In this document: in pieces, positions 12,500-25,500 of the stretch
Numbering within the stretch: position 1 is the stretch's first letter
Layout: each line of letters starts with the position of its first letter
Source of the DNA: Raillietiella orientalis
Taxonomy: Eukaryota
Direction of reading: 5' to 3'
DNA length: 64,000 nucleotides
NCBI GenBank assembly: GCA_036172245.1
Contig: JAYWIR010000042.1
Coordinates: 806,001-870,000, forward strand
Position numbers and translations under genes: made by a program
Notes under the pieces: model-generated
Told to the model about the DNA's origin: nothing
Database searches by the model: none
The model's input: only the letters and a program-made list of their open reading frames with translations

Positions 12500-13150
12500 T
12501 TTTCCAGATCCTACTTCCTGGAAACAAGAAGATCGAAATGCAGCACTGTAGCTCTAAGCAATTAATGAACATTTTCATCGTCAATGAATTCTCAGGGCGC
12601 TCTTCTGCTGTCTCCTGTAGCCACTGGCTTTCAGGATTTTCATTTTGGTTTCATACATGCAAGGCATTTCGTATGAGGTAGAGGCTTTGGATTTTTGGAA
12701 AGCAGACGCATAAAAAACCACACACGATGTTCTGCGTGTGTGATCGGCTTGGTAGACATCCTCATTGGGTGGAATATCCGGAGGAAGGAATTGGATTCGC
12801 TCGGAAAGTATTCCTTTTATTTTTGGTATTAGCAAAATATTTCTCTTTACGGAAGTGTGATCGATTTTTTCTGAGATCTAATGCCACGAAAGGGTGCAGA
12901 TCTCAGCGATATTGGCCCCAGGTCCGACCTCTGAATCTTGAGATTGTCAAGTACCCTTGAATTCTTCAGTTGCTTTAAAAAATCCCGAGGTCTCCGGAAC
13001 CCGATTTCTCATTGAAAATTCCGAGTGCCAATATGGAAGAGTATGGAAGAGTGTTCTCAATAAATCAGCGATGATGAGCTCTTCTCGAGAAGAGAGTTCG
13101 AGGAAAAGTCACAAGAGTTTTCCTTACGGCGGTGTAAACACTGATTTGCT
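12500..13150 (-). mobile_element. Decayed non-LTR (LINE) reverse transcriptase fragment
   Basis: FVALDLRK-/DHT..RNILLI.KIKGI (LD..KAFD-like, ~12810-12890) followed by EFIDDEN (FADD-like, ~12575-12590). Frameshifted. Confidence 0.45.
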
Positions 13151-14269
13151 GAGTCAGCTTTGGATTTTCTTATGATTCCTTCACGAACTACTGATGTGTA
13201 TTCTGCCCTTGGCATTCCAAATGTATGTGCGAGCTATCCACAAATATCGGATGTAAAATTCATCCCGATGATATCGCATCGTCTACGGGAACTCCTCCTT
13301 GGATTTCGATTTTTCCCTTCCGTGTGCAAACTAACATTCATCATCATCTCTTCCTCATTTGAGAGTGAACTTTGAACAGTTTTCGTCTCTTTTCGCACTT
13401 CACTCGATTTTGCTGTTATCACCCAGAAGTTTTCTGCCTCTCCTTCAGAAAGGTGTGTTCATCGATTGCGACATTTCTTCCAGATTCCCTAGCTTCTTGA
13501 ATTCGGGAAGCGGAAGCAGAGAACTCGATCTCGTTGATCTCTTTGATTCTCCTTTGAACTGCTGGAAGCAACTGCTTCCCGAGGCACATTTCTGGCACTT
13601 GGTTCCCTGTTGCATCACTTCTTTTCCATACGAATTGCTGACGCAGCACGAATTTTTTCCGCTTGCATTCGTTGCTAAGCATGCAGAGTCGACTCGAATG
13701 AATCTTACCGCTGATTTCACAAACTTCTTTGTGCAGCAAAGGTGCCACGTTTTTAAGGACACCATGGATGAAATAAAAGAAAGCAGGGCACGTGGCATCA
13801 TGGAAACATCACGTCATCAGCACAGAAAAGCGCTTGGTGAACTGACTTGGTATGAAGAGGAGAAACGAGAAGTCTCCACCTTCATTGACAATCAAAAGGT
13901 CAGAACTGCTGCACTGGAACGGTATTTCAGGGATACTAAAAGATCCCAATGTCTCTAAGATGATGTGAAACTCTGCGGATTCTAGTTCACCAGGAAAGGG
14001 GTTGTAGCCCAAATCCACCCACTTTGTGCAACAAACGGGTTGATGCAGCCACAAGAGCCTCAGGGATGAAACTTTTCTTGCAATAAGAGGGCTGCCATGC
14101 TGCTTTCAACTTGATGGAAGTCATCTTGGGTTCTTTTCTGTTTCCCTATTTTCCTTCCAGCTCTCGTTTTTTGGTTCGCTGAGAGCTGAACGACCGTTCG
14201 CTCGAGGGTCCACGAAGCTCTTTGACTCTGTTCCACGCCACCTGGGGCGCCTATCAACTCTTAGATTTA

Positions 14270-14830
14270 GGGGGTACACCTGGAGGGGAGCACCTTGCGA
14301 ATCCAGGAAGGCTCTGGAGGAAGGAGTCCCGTTCCTCTTACGCGTGAGAGGAAATCATCGCCCTAGTTCTCTTTGAAGGAATCCCGGGAAATGGTCACTA
14401 TGTTATGTCTTTTAAGGGAACCCTGAAACAATCCGCTCTTGGAATTCTTCTCCGGAGAGAATCCGCAAGGGAACTCCTCCTCAGTACTCCTCTGAAGAGA
14501 ACTCCGAAGGGACGCTTCCCCATTTCCCTGAAGGGTCTCTCTCTGAAGGGAGGAGCGCACTTCCTCACACTGTTGAGTGGTGTCACAATCCACCAGCTCC
14601 ATGGAACGAGATGGGGGGTCCCTCCTGAAGAAGGATGGCGTCTCAATTCGCAAAACCGCAGGGGAACCCCAAAGGGAACCGGACTCCTTGGTTCAGTTTT
14701 CCGGAAGCACCCCGGAGGATCGACTCCCAATCCCGGCGCACTCATCAAGGGCATCCGGTTTTGTCAGCTGCCAGTGCCTCACCCGAATGTAAGCCAACCA
14801 GCGTCATCTTGCGGCGGGAACTCAAACTTA
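14270..14830. repeat. GC-rich dispersed repeat, copy 1 (similar to 53230-53900)
   Basis: Shared colinear blocks with 53.2-53.9 kb: gaatccaggaaggctc, gttcctct, ttcttctccggag.gaa.ccgcaagggaac, ctcctctgaagagaac, cgaagggacgcttcc, gccaaccagcg.catcttgc.g.gggaactc-like. Confidence 0.8.
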
Positions 14831-16354
14831 CGCAGCATACCCATTCCTCTGGCGTCGATTCTTTACGAGCATTCGAACCCGCCTTCCCTCTTGGTGTCCC
14901 GCGCGGAGGCTGCAGCCACGCTGCCGGCTTCTGGGCCACTAGAGAGCGTCCAAACAACATTTTTGTTCTCTGTGCACTTGATGGATCCATTTGCAACAAC
15001 AACCTCCCATCTATCACGCTGAGCTTAACCATGGCAACCCAGCTTGCAGTTCTAAGCAAAAACAGTTGATGCGGGTTGTAGGATATTTTTCGATATGATC
15101 AGACTATCAGGTTCCATTAGAGTAAGCAGGATTTGCGTGTCTTCATCCGTTGAGGCACAGTGAACTTTCAAGTAGCTGCTATTAAGAATCCGGCTTCAGA
15201 AGGGAGGAAACCTCAAGATTGGTCCCCCGCCATCAGAAATACCCTCACTAAATGATTTCCAAGACTTTTTACCATCCCCAATGGAGAAACAGATTAAGGG
15301 ATGTCTGGTACTGAACAACTCACTCATGCTTTGGTTTTTGACACCTTTGATGTACAGTTTGTACATCGGACAGTGCTTCTATTTATACAATGCTCTTTTA
15401 TGGATACGAGTTTCTTTGTTGTTAAGTTTGGAAGATTCTGCACCGTTCATGCCGTGGAGAGGCAATGCATTTCTTCTTCTGGTTCTTTCACGAAATGGAG
15501 AATGTCATCGAAGCGATCTCGCGGTGGGGAGAACCAGGCATTACGGAACCTGACTGCTGGATCAGAATTTTTCTGGGATTCAAGTCTGGATTGCGGATCA
15601 TCTGAGATTTGAGAGAATTTTTTGCAAGTTGGCACCTTTAGTTTGATCCACTGAACTCATTATGCGACACGAGTGCCTGCACCTTCCGGTTTCAAAACAC
15701 ACGATTTCTTCCAGCAGACGGGGTTGCCTTTAAAAGATTCTCCCAGATTGAAGTTTCAAGGGACACTTTTGCGTGCAAAGAATCTGCAAAGGTGGTCATC
15801 ATAGGAAACCATCCCTATTGACAGCAACGAGATATTGAGGTGACCACTCCTCCCAAGCGGTTCCGTAGAATGAAATTTGAAAATCGATGTGCACCTTTGA
15901 GATCTGTTTTATCCTGTTTTAACATTTAGTCTTTCGGACATGAAGAGAAGTCGTCCCGAGTGTGGTGACTTGCGCGATCGGTTCAGATGAGAACCAGATT
16001 AACCATTCCGTTTTCTATTCTGTTCTCTTTTCCAGTATTGTCTTTTGCAAAGGATGCAGATGAAACCGCATGATGTCTGCAGTAACCAAGTTTAATAACC
16101 GTGATGCTACTCGAGCAAACATATATGTCATTTTCCAAAACTCTCTGAATCTCCAAGGAAATTGCCATCCATTCATCTTAAGAATGTTGATCAGAGTGCT
16201 TACTCTCCGCCCCCATAGTCTCATTGAAGGACGGGCTTTTCATAAGAATGCCATTTTAGGCCATCTCATCTAAACCGGAAATCAAATCCAAAACGTCAGG
16301 TCTCAGATCATCTCACTCGACTCCATTCACTCAAACATTGACCTCTCTACTTAC

Positions 16355-16483
16355 AATGCACCTTCAGGGAGATTTCTTTGCTCACAGCAGGAGGCACCCC
16401 GTTGGAAGCGGTGCACAGGTAGATTCCCATGTCTCTCCTGAATGACTTCACCAGATACAGGCTCGTACCCTGGTAACGGCGCA
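16355..16483 (-). CDS. Gene B exon, Ig2 second half
   Basis: cttattgtAG acceptor. Translates to VRRYQGTSLYLVKSFRRDMGIYLCTASNGVPPAVSKEISLKVH. GTAAGT donor. 129 nt, same as the gene A equivalent. This frame is not in the ORF track. Confidence 0.95.
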
Positions 16484-16545
16484 CTACAATAAGCTATTCG
16501 ATTCTCACAAATCGTCACCCAACCTGCATCGTACAAAATGCTTAC

Positions 16546-16704
16546 CAAAAGTGGTCCTGTTAATTCGAATATCTGCATGATCCTGTCTTGTCCAGTGCAC
16601 TGCGGGTGTAGGGTAGCCGGAAGCTTCACATTTCATAACAACATCATCGAATTCGCAGACTGTGACGTCAGAACTGCTGTTCCTGTCAAGTATGTCAGGA
16701 GGAA
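16546..16704 (-). CDS. Gene B exon, Ig2 first half
   Basis: gtcgtttAG acceptor. Translates to VPPDILDRNSSSDVTVCEFDDVVMKCEASGYPTPAVHWTRQDHADIRINRTTF. GTAAG donor. 159 nt, same as the gene A equivalent. Confidence 0.95.
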
Positions 16705-16760
16705 CTAAACGACAAAGGGGATTCCAAGAGACCGTTACAATTACTCGAGAGATGAATTAC

Positions 16761-16968
16761 CCAGAACCTCCAAGTAGGAAACCAAGGACTTCGATTTGGC
16801 CGTGTTCAGCTGACACATGTATATCCCAGAGTCAGCTCGCTGTACGTTCTTGATGCGCAGATAATGAGTTTTGTGATTGTCTCTGGACACCGTGATTCTT
16901 GGATTTCTCGTGATAATATGACTGTTCACGGCAAGAATGGCAGATTGTTTGTACTTTATCCAGGCGAC
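16761..16968 (-). CDS. Gene B exon, Ig1 C-terminal part
   Basis: gttttcAG acceptor. Translates to VAWIKYKQSAILAVNSHIITRNPRITVSRDNHKTHYLRIKNVQRADSGIYMCQLNTAKSKSLVSYLEVL. GTAATT donor. 208 nt, same as the gene A equivalent. Confidence 0.95.
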
Positions 16969-19632
16969 CTGAAAACCCGTGAGACCATTACATGCATTCC
17001 CCTTCCAGGTAGACTTCCTGGTAGACCCACGCGGAAGACTGTGGGACGCGGCCACGGGAGTGCCGTACGCTTTGCGAAGGAGGGGCGCAATCTTATCGAT
17101 AACTCCCCCCTTTCCCCTCCACCTCCACGGGCGTGCTGACAGGGGCGATCGGTGCACGGCTTCGTCACACGCGTTCCCTGCACTAGGTACTTCTGTAGGC
17201 GGTAGAGCCGTCTGCCCATCCACTCCTGGCGCCTACGCGAACTCTCCAAACCAACCGCCGTCTCTTTGCTCAGGCGGCAGACGGCTTCGCCGAGACATCT
17301 TGCACCGAGAGCACACCAACATGCGAGAACATCTCCGTCTGTCCAACGAGAGCCCCTTTGAAACTGCGCCACTCACGTTCTCAAGGGGAAACGGACGGGT
17401 GGGCGCTCCCCCCAGTTGCCAGGAGACAGGTTCCGAGCACCACGCAGAGATTCGCGAGGAAACCGCAGCTCCCTTCCACGCACCCGCGAACTCGCAGACG
17501 AGATCCCGACTGTCGCGATGATGCCCGACAGATACGGACGTGCCATTTTCAAATCGAGGGCGAATCCTGAGGAGCCGTACCCCTCTGGAGGCAACCCGAT
17601 GAACGCGCACCCTTCGACGGTGCATGCCTCTCTCTTCCGCAGGTGGGAGCTTCGCCAATTCAGAAGCGTACGCCACGGTGCCAGAGCAGCCGGTCACCCT
17701 GAGGGACGCACTCTTCTGCCGCCTGCTGAGCTTCTTCGCCCTGACCCGTTGCAAGCGGGAGAGACCACTCGTGCTCACGCAGCGCCGTTGCTTGGGCGCC
17801 GTCACACCCTCCGTCTACCGCGAGCCATCCGCCTTCATGTCGCAGCTGCGTGCGCACCAGATTTCCGCGGGAGCAGGACTTCTCGTAGGCGATGGGAGCA
17901 ACGCCTTCCTTTTCGATCCTGCCGACGGCTGCTGCTCCTCTTCCCGTGGGTGCGTGCCCGACAGCCGATCGAAGGTCCTGAACGCACTGTCAGTCCATCT
18001 TGGTACGAGGCGGCGTCTCCTTTGCTTCCTTTGTCCGTCCCTTCCGCTCCATCGGAATCGTGAGGGACCTCCCACCCCACGTGACGCTGCATGCCGAGTC
18101 CACCGCACCAAGCCGACCGCCGCTGGCGCTCCGTGGCCGCGGGTCCACCAACTCGAACCTTTCACGTCGTTCCCCCGAGCTACGCGAACGGCCTCATGCC
18201 GATCCAGGACACACCCGGTCGACGGCTTCCTGCAGATTCGGCTGCCGGTGCTCCTTCGGTGGCCTTCGCGACGCTGTTCTATCGAGTGCGCTCCTCCGTG
18301 CTCTTGCCCTGGTCCAGAACTCCGGAACTATCCGGGGAGCATCTGGCTACCCACGAGCGATCCGGAATCGGCTGAAGAAAGTGGCGATACCGCCGAAGAC
18401 GCAGTCCACCTTGGGTCGAGGTTCGTCCTCCGCTCCCAGCACCCGCGTCCACCTTTCGGATGGGATGCTGGGGGAAACACCGCCCCGCGGGATCAGGGCG
18501 GATCCTTGAGCATGCGCGTCGGGCGGCGGCAAAAAGCAGTTCCGAGGCGGCGAGGGCGCACTCTTCCGGGAACGAAGGGAAGAGCGCGGACTCCCGCTGT
18601 CCCAGGAGCGGAGCAACAAACCTCCGTTGCTCCGATGCTGCCATACCGAGAAACAGGTAGCGAGGAGGGTCCTCCTTGAAGGCTGCTTAGCAGCAGACTT
18701 CGGGGGAGAGGAAAGAGTGGGACCGGAAACGGAGACCTTGGAGAATCGCCTTCTTTCGGAGGGTGGATTGCACGCGGTCGTCACTCCAAGTAGGAACGCG
18801 AGCCGCGCTCACGCGGGAACTCTTCTTCGAGGTGGACGAGCTTTTCTTCTTCTCCGCGAAAGGTTGCGGCGTGGATGGCGCGGGACCATCAGCGGAACGA
18901 GGTGCAACATGGAGCCGAGGCGAAGCAGTGCTGCTGCCGTGGGCGGAGGGAGAGGTGCGCCGTGACTCGCCACGAACCTGAACGCTCCTGGACCTGGGAT
19001 TTTGCATTCCGGGGAGCAGCACGGCGCGAAAATCGGAAGCGCCGGCATCGGGACCGCCATTTACGCAGGGAATCCCTCCGGTACCAGCCGGACGAAGAAA
19101 TCCCGGTGCCTGGCGTATGCAGGGAGGGTGTCCCAGGGAGATTCGGGGACGGGCCGCCAACGGGCCCGGTGAAGGACTGCGCTTCCCAGAGTGAAGGGCG
19201 AGGTGCACTCTTGAAGGGACTCTCGTCCCCCGGGATTCATCTGCGGAGAACGGGAAGCGAGGAGTCACCGTGCGGTGCGCACGCTAACACCCCTTGCGGG
19301 ATTCGGTGCGCGCCTCGTTGCCCATCTTCCCGTGGGGGGATGCGGAGCGAGTTCTCTCCGAAGCCGGAAGCTTGCAGCGTCTTTGGAGAGGTGGACGCGG
19401 TGGCTCCCGACGGAGCGCTGGGGTGCCTGCAGAGGAGGTGGGCGGTCACGGACGGCTGCGGTAGGGCGTGCGAGAGAAAGGATAGCCGCATGCCAACCCA
19501 TCGGGTTTGCGGGAAGGTCGGGCAGCTACACCCACGACGTGGTTCGGTTGCGCTTGCCTCAAGCAGATTTTTTTGCTTACAAAAGACTGCTCACATAAAG
19601 AGTGGCTCTGCAGTTTAGGAAAATCCTGTGGA
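16887..19632. repeat. Large inverted repeat, left arm (~2.7 kb, GC-rich)
   Basis: Reverse complement of ~33943-36688. Mirrored ORFs have a constant coordinate sum of 53575 (17416/36159, 17624/35951, 18679/34896, 18875/34700, 19275/34300, 19501/34074; exon start 16968/36607). Confidence 0.97.
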
Positions 19633-20749
19633 ACGGCTATAAGAAAAGCTCGAATCTTCCTTGTAATTTGAGAGAAGTGTGTTGGGCACATGGTTGCAGA
19701 AGCAGGCGACAATCAATAGGAAGTGCTGCGTTTATTGGACTGAATGATTGTGCATGCAAAAGATTAGCAAAGCGAAATGCCAACGTGTGTTTTTTTACTT
19801 TCTTAATGCTTCTCTTTCTTTATTTGATTTGGCAATGGACGGGCGTCTTCGTTCTCGGTTTTTTTTTCCTGATTCCTTGCAATTTTAGCTAAGATGTTTA
19901 CTCTGTGACGTTCCGTGACCGCAATATGAAGAGTCTGGACAGAGGGAGCTGAAGCTTCTTGAGGTGTTCACATCTGAATATTTTCTTTCCAACCTTTTTC
20001 AACTGGACCACAGTCCGTTTGCCTCTAAACAGTCGTTACTTCTTCCGAGATTCCTTCAACTGAAGAACTGGAAGATGGTCAACAGGAATAAACAGGCACT
20101 CCATTTTCTTTCTTTGTTAGCAATGCATGCTTTGACTTGCAGCCTAATGAAGACTTGGAAGGCGAACTGCTGAAGACTTTTGCAGCTCACTGTGATGTTT
20201 CCTCAGTACGGTTTCTTCTAATGGTACGCGACGCTGATGGTTTCCGGTAGGTTGATGGTAGGTTTCCTGGCTATGAATGGTAGATGTTAAAATGCCAGAA
20301 GGATTTTCATGTGCCATACGCAATTCGTTTTTCTTAAATGGCCTTCAAAAGGTAAAGGTGATGTCTTAAATGACCCTTGCTTGCTTTGTTACTCTTGGAA
20401 ATCAAGTTTATTGTGATGGGTCACATTGAACTCAATGCTGACATTTACTACTGTAGGTGAGCGTCACTGAATTATCAAAAATAAAATAATTTTTAATGTA
20501 AAGAAAGGGAAAATATGGAGCTCTTATTGTACGTTGCAGTTGACTGTCCATGGCAAAATAAAGCCAACTGAAAGATAGTAAAGAGATGATAAATTCATAC
20601 GTCTTTTTCCTTTAATGTATTGAAGCGAGAAATAAATCTCACTCTTCGAAGAAAGGTCCAATCCCTGAGCATTTGATTTTTGATCTCTATCCTAAGTCAT
20701 ATTCTTGGGAATGCACATCTATTTATTCGCTCTTGGATGTTCTCTATTC

Positions 20750-21950
20750 AAAGACTAATCCCTACTTCTTGCGGCAATTCGTGTTGATCTCATGAGAGAA
20801 TGAGTACAATGGCCAGATGTGAGGTTTAGAAATATGAATCTCCGGCCGTAGACCCGTTATTTGAACCACCGAAGGAGGTATCCACAACCACCGCATTGCT
20901 GAAAACCTTGAGTTACTTTTGCAGCACAGCTGAAGATTTTAAGGAACATGTCGAAAGAGTGACACCTTTTATCCCAAGCATTTTGGTTTCACGACAAAAT
21001 TCTCTCTAACTGAACCAGGAATTTTGATGATTCCATCACTCCTATCGTTGTCGGTTCATGGTACAGCCGATTCTGGTTACAGCACATTCAGCGGAATGGT
21101 AACGAGCTCTTTGAGGACTCGCCTTAAATAGAATTGAAACGAAGACAGGATAAACGTGCATTATTTTAGAGAATGCAGCAATCGTGGGAACTATGTCAAG
21201 GACTCTTATCATATGAGAAAGAAAAAAGGTATGAAGCTTCTAGAAATCCGTTTGCTACACGACAGACAGAACTCAATACCACAAAAACACAGAGATAGAA
21301 ATGTTGCTCTTTCTTTTTTTTATAGTCCCCTTTGTCAACGTCTGACCAAAGGAATTCGGCCGCAGAAAACATTGAGTTCTGCATCTTGTCAAGCAGGCTC
21401 AAGAACTCATGGTGCAGTGGCTTACGGATAAAACAACACCTTTTCAAAGAAATCTCTTTCTTCAATGTTTCGTTCAGGATGATGGCACAGGGCAAAACTG
21501 GCATCTTGCAACCTGTGATTGAGAACCAAGGATAGAAGATTCCACCCAAAATAATCCCTTCTTTGTTTTCAGCTCATCAGTGGGAGCATTTCATCTGTTC
21601 AAAACACGTGATGTGTTTCCCACTAAACGAATTCGATGTTATGCATATTTTGTCAGATGGAGCAATCAGACAGGCACAGAGTCCTCCAGGAAAACATTCT
21701 TCATTTGAACTGGCAGTTGCAAACTGCTATGGTAAAGTCAGTACGTGCATGAATCCTTCAGCTTTCACAGTGATTCATGAATGTGACGAAGTCTTAAGCA
21801 CCTTCTCTAGAGGACTTCCAAAGACGAGGGAAGCAAAGCACTTTCAAACTCTGAATATTTCAATTTAACTCCATCAAAGTATGAAATGCCAAGGGTTGAT
21901 TTTTTCTTCTACCCTTAAAAAGGAAATCAAGGTTGGAATCCATTCACCAA
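20750..21950 (-). mobile_element. Heavily decayed LINE RT fragment
   Basis: Weak colinear RT-like remnants: GVVLS (~21430), MFSAAEFLW (FADD region, ~21350-21373), KCLG..SLFRH (~20950-20985) and LRPEIHISKPHIW (IRP.LEY...W-like, ~20812-20852). Confidence 0.3.
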
Positions 21951-22455
21951 GCATATATTCCAATTCCTCTCGCCTCTAGACAGGAATTCGCTCTTCCTGA
22001 GGAAGTTGGATTCCACATTCGATCTTCAAACGATATCTTTTATAGAACCGCAAAAACTATAGAAATCTCGAAAAGAGCACATTTCTGCATCCGGTAATTT
22101 CCGAAGAGGAGTCTCATTTTGTTCGACCATCGAGAACGACGAGCCGAGAACACGAAATCAAACATCTGCACAAGATTGGGAGGCAAAGTTTCTCAGAGAC
22201 CTTGCCAAGACCGAACCACTCGATGGGGGTAGTTTCACGACGAGATGGTAAGTGCGGCACTCGACGAATTGGACCAAACAAAATACGAATCTCGTGAGCC
22301 TAAAGTTCGAAAATTAAATATTCACCATTGGAGACGTCATTGCGAAAGCACCGAGACCACAAAAAATGCAATACGCGGTAAAACGCACTCATCAGTGAAG
22401 CTAGCGGTTTCTTCGTGGGTAGTCAATTAATGAGGTGGAAAAAAGAAATACAAAC

Positions 22456-22568
22456 CTCGTATTTCCCCAAGTTGTTAATCACACAGGAGAATTTGACGTC
22501 TCTACCAATTGGCACAGTAATGTTGACCATGGGCTCCAGAAACTGGGGCTCACTGTCATCTGAGTATC
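22456..22568 (-). CDS. Gene B exon 2, start of Ig1
   Basis: ccttttt-AG acceptor. Translates to (G)YSDDSEPQFLEPMVNITVPIGRDVKFSCVINNLGKYE, the DIP P.F.EP..N.TV..GR...F.C...LG.Y pattern. The GTTTGT phase-0 donor joins directly to VAW at 16968. An alternative acceptor at 22559 is possible. Confidence 0.9.
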
Positions 22569-25500
22569 CTAAAAAGGCATGTAAAAATTGTTGCATGTGA
22601 TAGGCTTCCTTTAGCAAAAATCTTTCGAGGCCATCAATTTTAGTTTCCCTGTCCCCGCCCGAAAACAAAAAACTTCAGTGAAGATCTTCGACTACACTGA
22701 TGCACGTCGCATTTTCAGCTTCATGCCGAAACGCTCACGAAATCGCATTACCACCGCAAGTCTTCAAAAACTGTCTCCACTAGCCACTTTTCACAAGAAT
22801 GTATTCGGAGTTTGCCACTAGAAAGGTGGCCAAGGGTGGGAGAGCAGCACAAGCAGAGGATCCACAAGTAGCGCAAGGAGTCCCCTAAATAACAACCACA
22901 ACATCAGCTCTGCAAACGAAGCCATCTTTTCTCAAAAAGGGAAAGCAAAACGGGCCGCAGGTCTAGCAGACGAGAATGCGTGCACGAGGTCAGCCCTCGG
23001 ATGCACACAAAACGCGAATTCGAATTCCCGAGGACAGTTCTCCCTTGCGTCCGTTCGTCCTTTCTGTCCTTCTCCCACGTGTCTCCATCGGTGCACCAAT
23101 CGAACGGGTGGTGTGGCTCGGGCGGTCTCCAAGGAATGCAAAGAGGAGCACTTCATTCACGAAACAGGAGGGAGAACTCTTGCGGAGTGACAGGTCAAAG
23201 GTTAGAAGGGGAACTCGGCACTCCGTCACATTTCTCGATCGAATCGGAAGCAGTCTTCCCGAATTCCCGTGCTCGCGCCTGGCTTCTCGATTAGACCGGA
23301 CACGTGACTCGTGCTCGGATAGAAAGTCGCAACGGTCTATCTGCGAAACGATTCCACGAAGCATAGCAACGTCATCGATCTGCTCCGGGACATTCTTCAC
23401 CTCTCTCCTGTATGACCCATACGCCAATACAGTGCTCCTGCAGCCGAAGGGAGGAGAATGCCGAACTGAATGCTCCTCATTATGGACGATTCCAGATGCG
23501 TCCTCCTGAGATTTCCGTGCTTGCCTCGACCTCGTGCGGGCATCTTTGATAGCCGGACAGGATTGCGAGTCGAAGGGGTTGCCAAGAGCTTCACTTGGGC
23601 GTGTTCCCCTGCTTTTGCAACGTGCGACGGTGCCTTCTTCTGAGGGGAAACCGCTCGCACCGGTAGGCGGTTGCGCACATTTGGGAACGACACTTTTCTA
23701 CGGGAACGCAGGGACATTTCACGTGGTAGAGAGATGCGAATGGCCGTTCTGCGCCGATCGATGGTGGCTCAAGCTGAGAAGAGTGAAACGGTGACACCGT
23801 GGATCGCGGGGGATCGGTTTGAACGCGGTTGATGTTTTGTTTCCAAGGCAACGGTGTCGGACGTGGACGGGAAGCTGCTTTGCTGCGCACGATCCAGGTG
23901 TCGTGAACTAAGTGGTGGAAATGAAAAGGTCTCTCCCATTTTAGGCACCGGACTGCACCATTCCTGACCGCAGACAACTTCCGTCTTCTGGGAGTTCCAG
24001 AAACAACGCTTTAGCATTTCACTTTTGCTGAGCCGCTCGACTGGACATGGGAAGAAGACTCGCATCCTGCCTCGAGTTCCGATCAAAATGGCGCGCCCGG
24101 AGGGCGGCGACGACCGCGATGTTGCATGAAATCTTCCACTCGGTTACCACGGTTCATTTTGGAGGGCAGAGGGCGCAAGGACGCTGCTGATGCATGGTGC
24201 AGTGGCAGAACCGTCGACCACGATTCTCTCTTTCGGCGATGCCATCAGGAGACTGCGTGCGTTCGCGGAAGTGCATCTGCGTTCGGGATGTACGCGTTTT
24301 CCGCGTGCCAATGCTCCCTTCATTTCTCTGGATAAGTGTTTTCCTCGGACCGCAATGAACGCGCGTGCTTTTGTACGTTGCTGTAATAAGAATTGGCGAG
24401 CGAGTTGTATTTGTGAGGTGGTTCGCCTCATCAGGAGCCGATCGGAAGAAATGAAAATGGTAGCACCTCTCTGGTGCAACCTCGATGGAATGCGCCGTCG
24501 TCTCGTCTCTTCTTCCGGTTGCAGTGCTACCGCTCATAGAGACCTTTCGGATAACTCAACCGTGTTCGTGATGATGATGCCGGCGGCTGTCGCATGAGAT
24601 CCGTGAAAAAAGATTGTACCTCGATACGTAAAGGTTTTTTTGAAGTTTTCAGCGTCTGACTTTCCACCCGAGATTGGGGTTATTTCAACCTAAGTTTTCC
24701 CGAGCTGCGTCGTTTCACCGCTTGCACAAGGTTTGTGGCCAACTAAAGGTATGGCTTGTAGGATGAAGAGTCCTGTGCAGTCCTCTCCGGTGCTAGTGGC
24801 ACAAATTCTGTTTCTTCTTACCGCTAAGGTTGGCAAATTAGCGAAGCATCGTTTATACAAATTTCAGACGTATTTGATTTTAAATTTCTCTCCTGTCTTT
24901 TGCACTTTTCGTCCTCGTGTCCTTTGGATTTCATATTAACCCCAGGTGGTCCTTCCTATTTTCCCATTGTGTGAAGCTGTGGGGACCTGCAGTGTTTTAA
25001 CATGATGGATTCGGACAGTGATGTCTGATTTGAACAAGGATATGGTAGAGCCTTGTTAAGTTTTCGTTGTGAGATCGAGGCAGCGGTCAAACTAACAGGA
25101 TGCTCGTTCCAGCTCTGCCAGGATTTCCTTTCTCATCCAGCCGTGATCCTCCATTCAGATCTGAAAAAGCTCCAGCCTGAAAAGCAGCTGCACCTCGCTC
25201 CGTCTGAAGAGATTCGAAGTTCCCTGACGGCGTCCTCAATCTCTTGAGAACTTGAACCCGGTCGTAGCAAACCGCAACTTCTTCCCGAACCGCAAGGTGG
25301 CATGGAGGAAACCAATTCCCTCGCATCTTCTACTCTCATTGCCCACGAGTTTCTTGGAGTCTGCCGCTGGTATCCGGATCTCATCCAAATCAGCCTCCGC
25401 CTGTTTTCACTGCTGCTTCGTGATGCCTTGTGCTCCTTCAGGACGCAACGGGCTCGACTCTTGGAGCGACGCAGAACCACGCTTCTCAGCGCCTTGGCCG

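Noticed and set aside
12760..12800. FLPPDIPP on the - strand as a DIP Ig2 start
   Set aside because: It lies within a LINE RT remnant. The real PPDI exon is 16546-16704.
22818..22925. Hydrophobic short ORF MASFAELMLWLLFRGLLALL... as the gene B signal exon
   Set aside because: There is no phase-1 GT donor before its stop codon. The 31582-31636 exon fits better.
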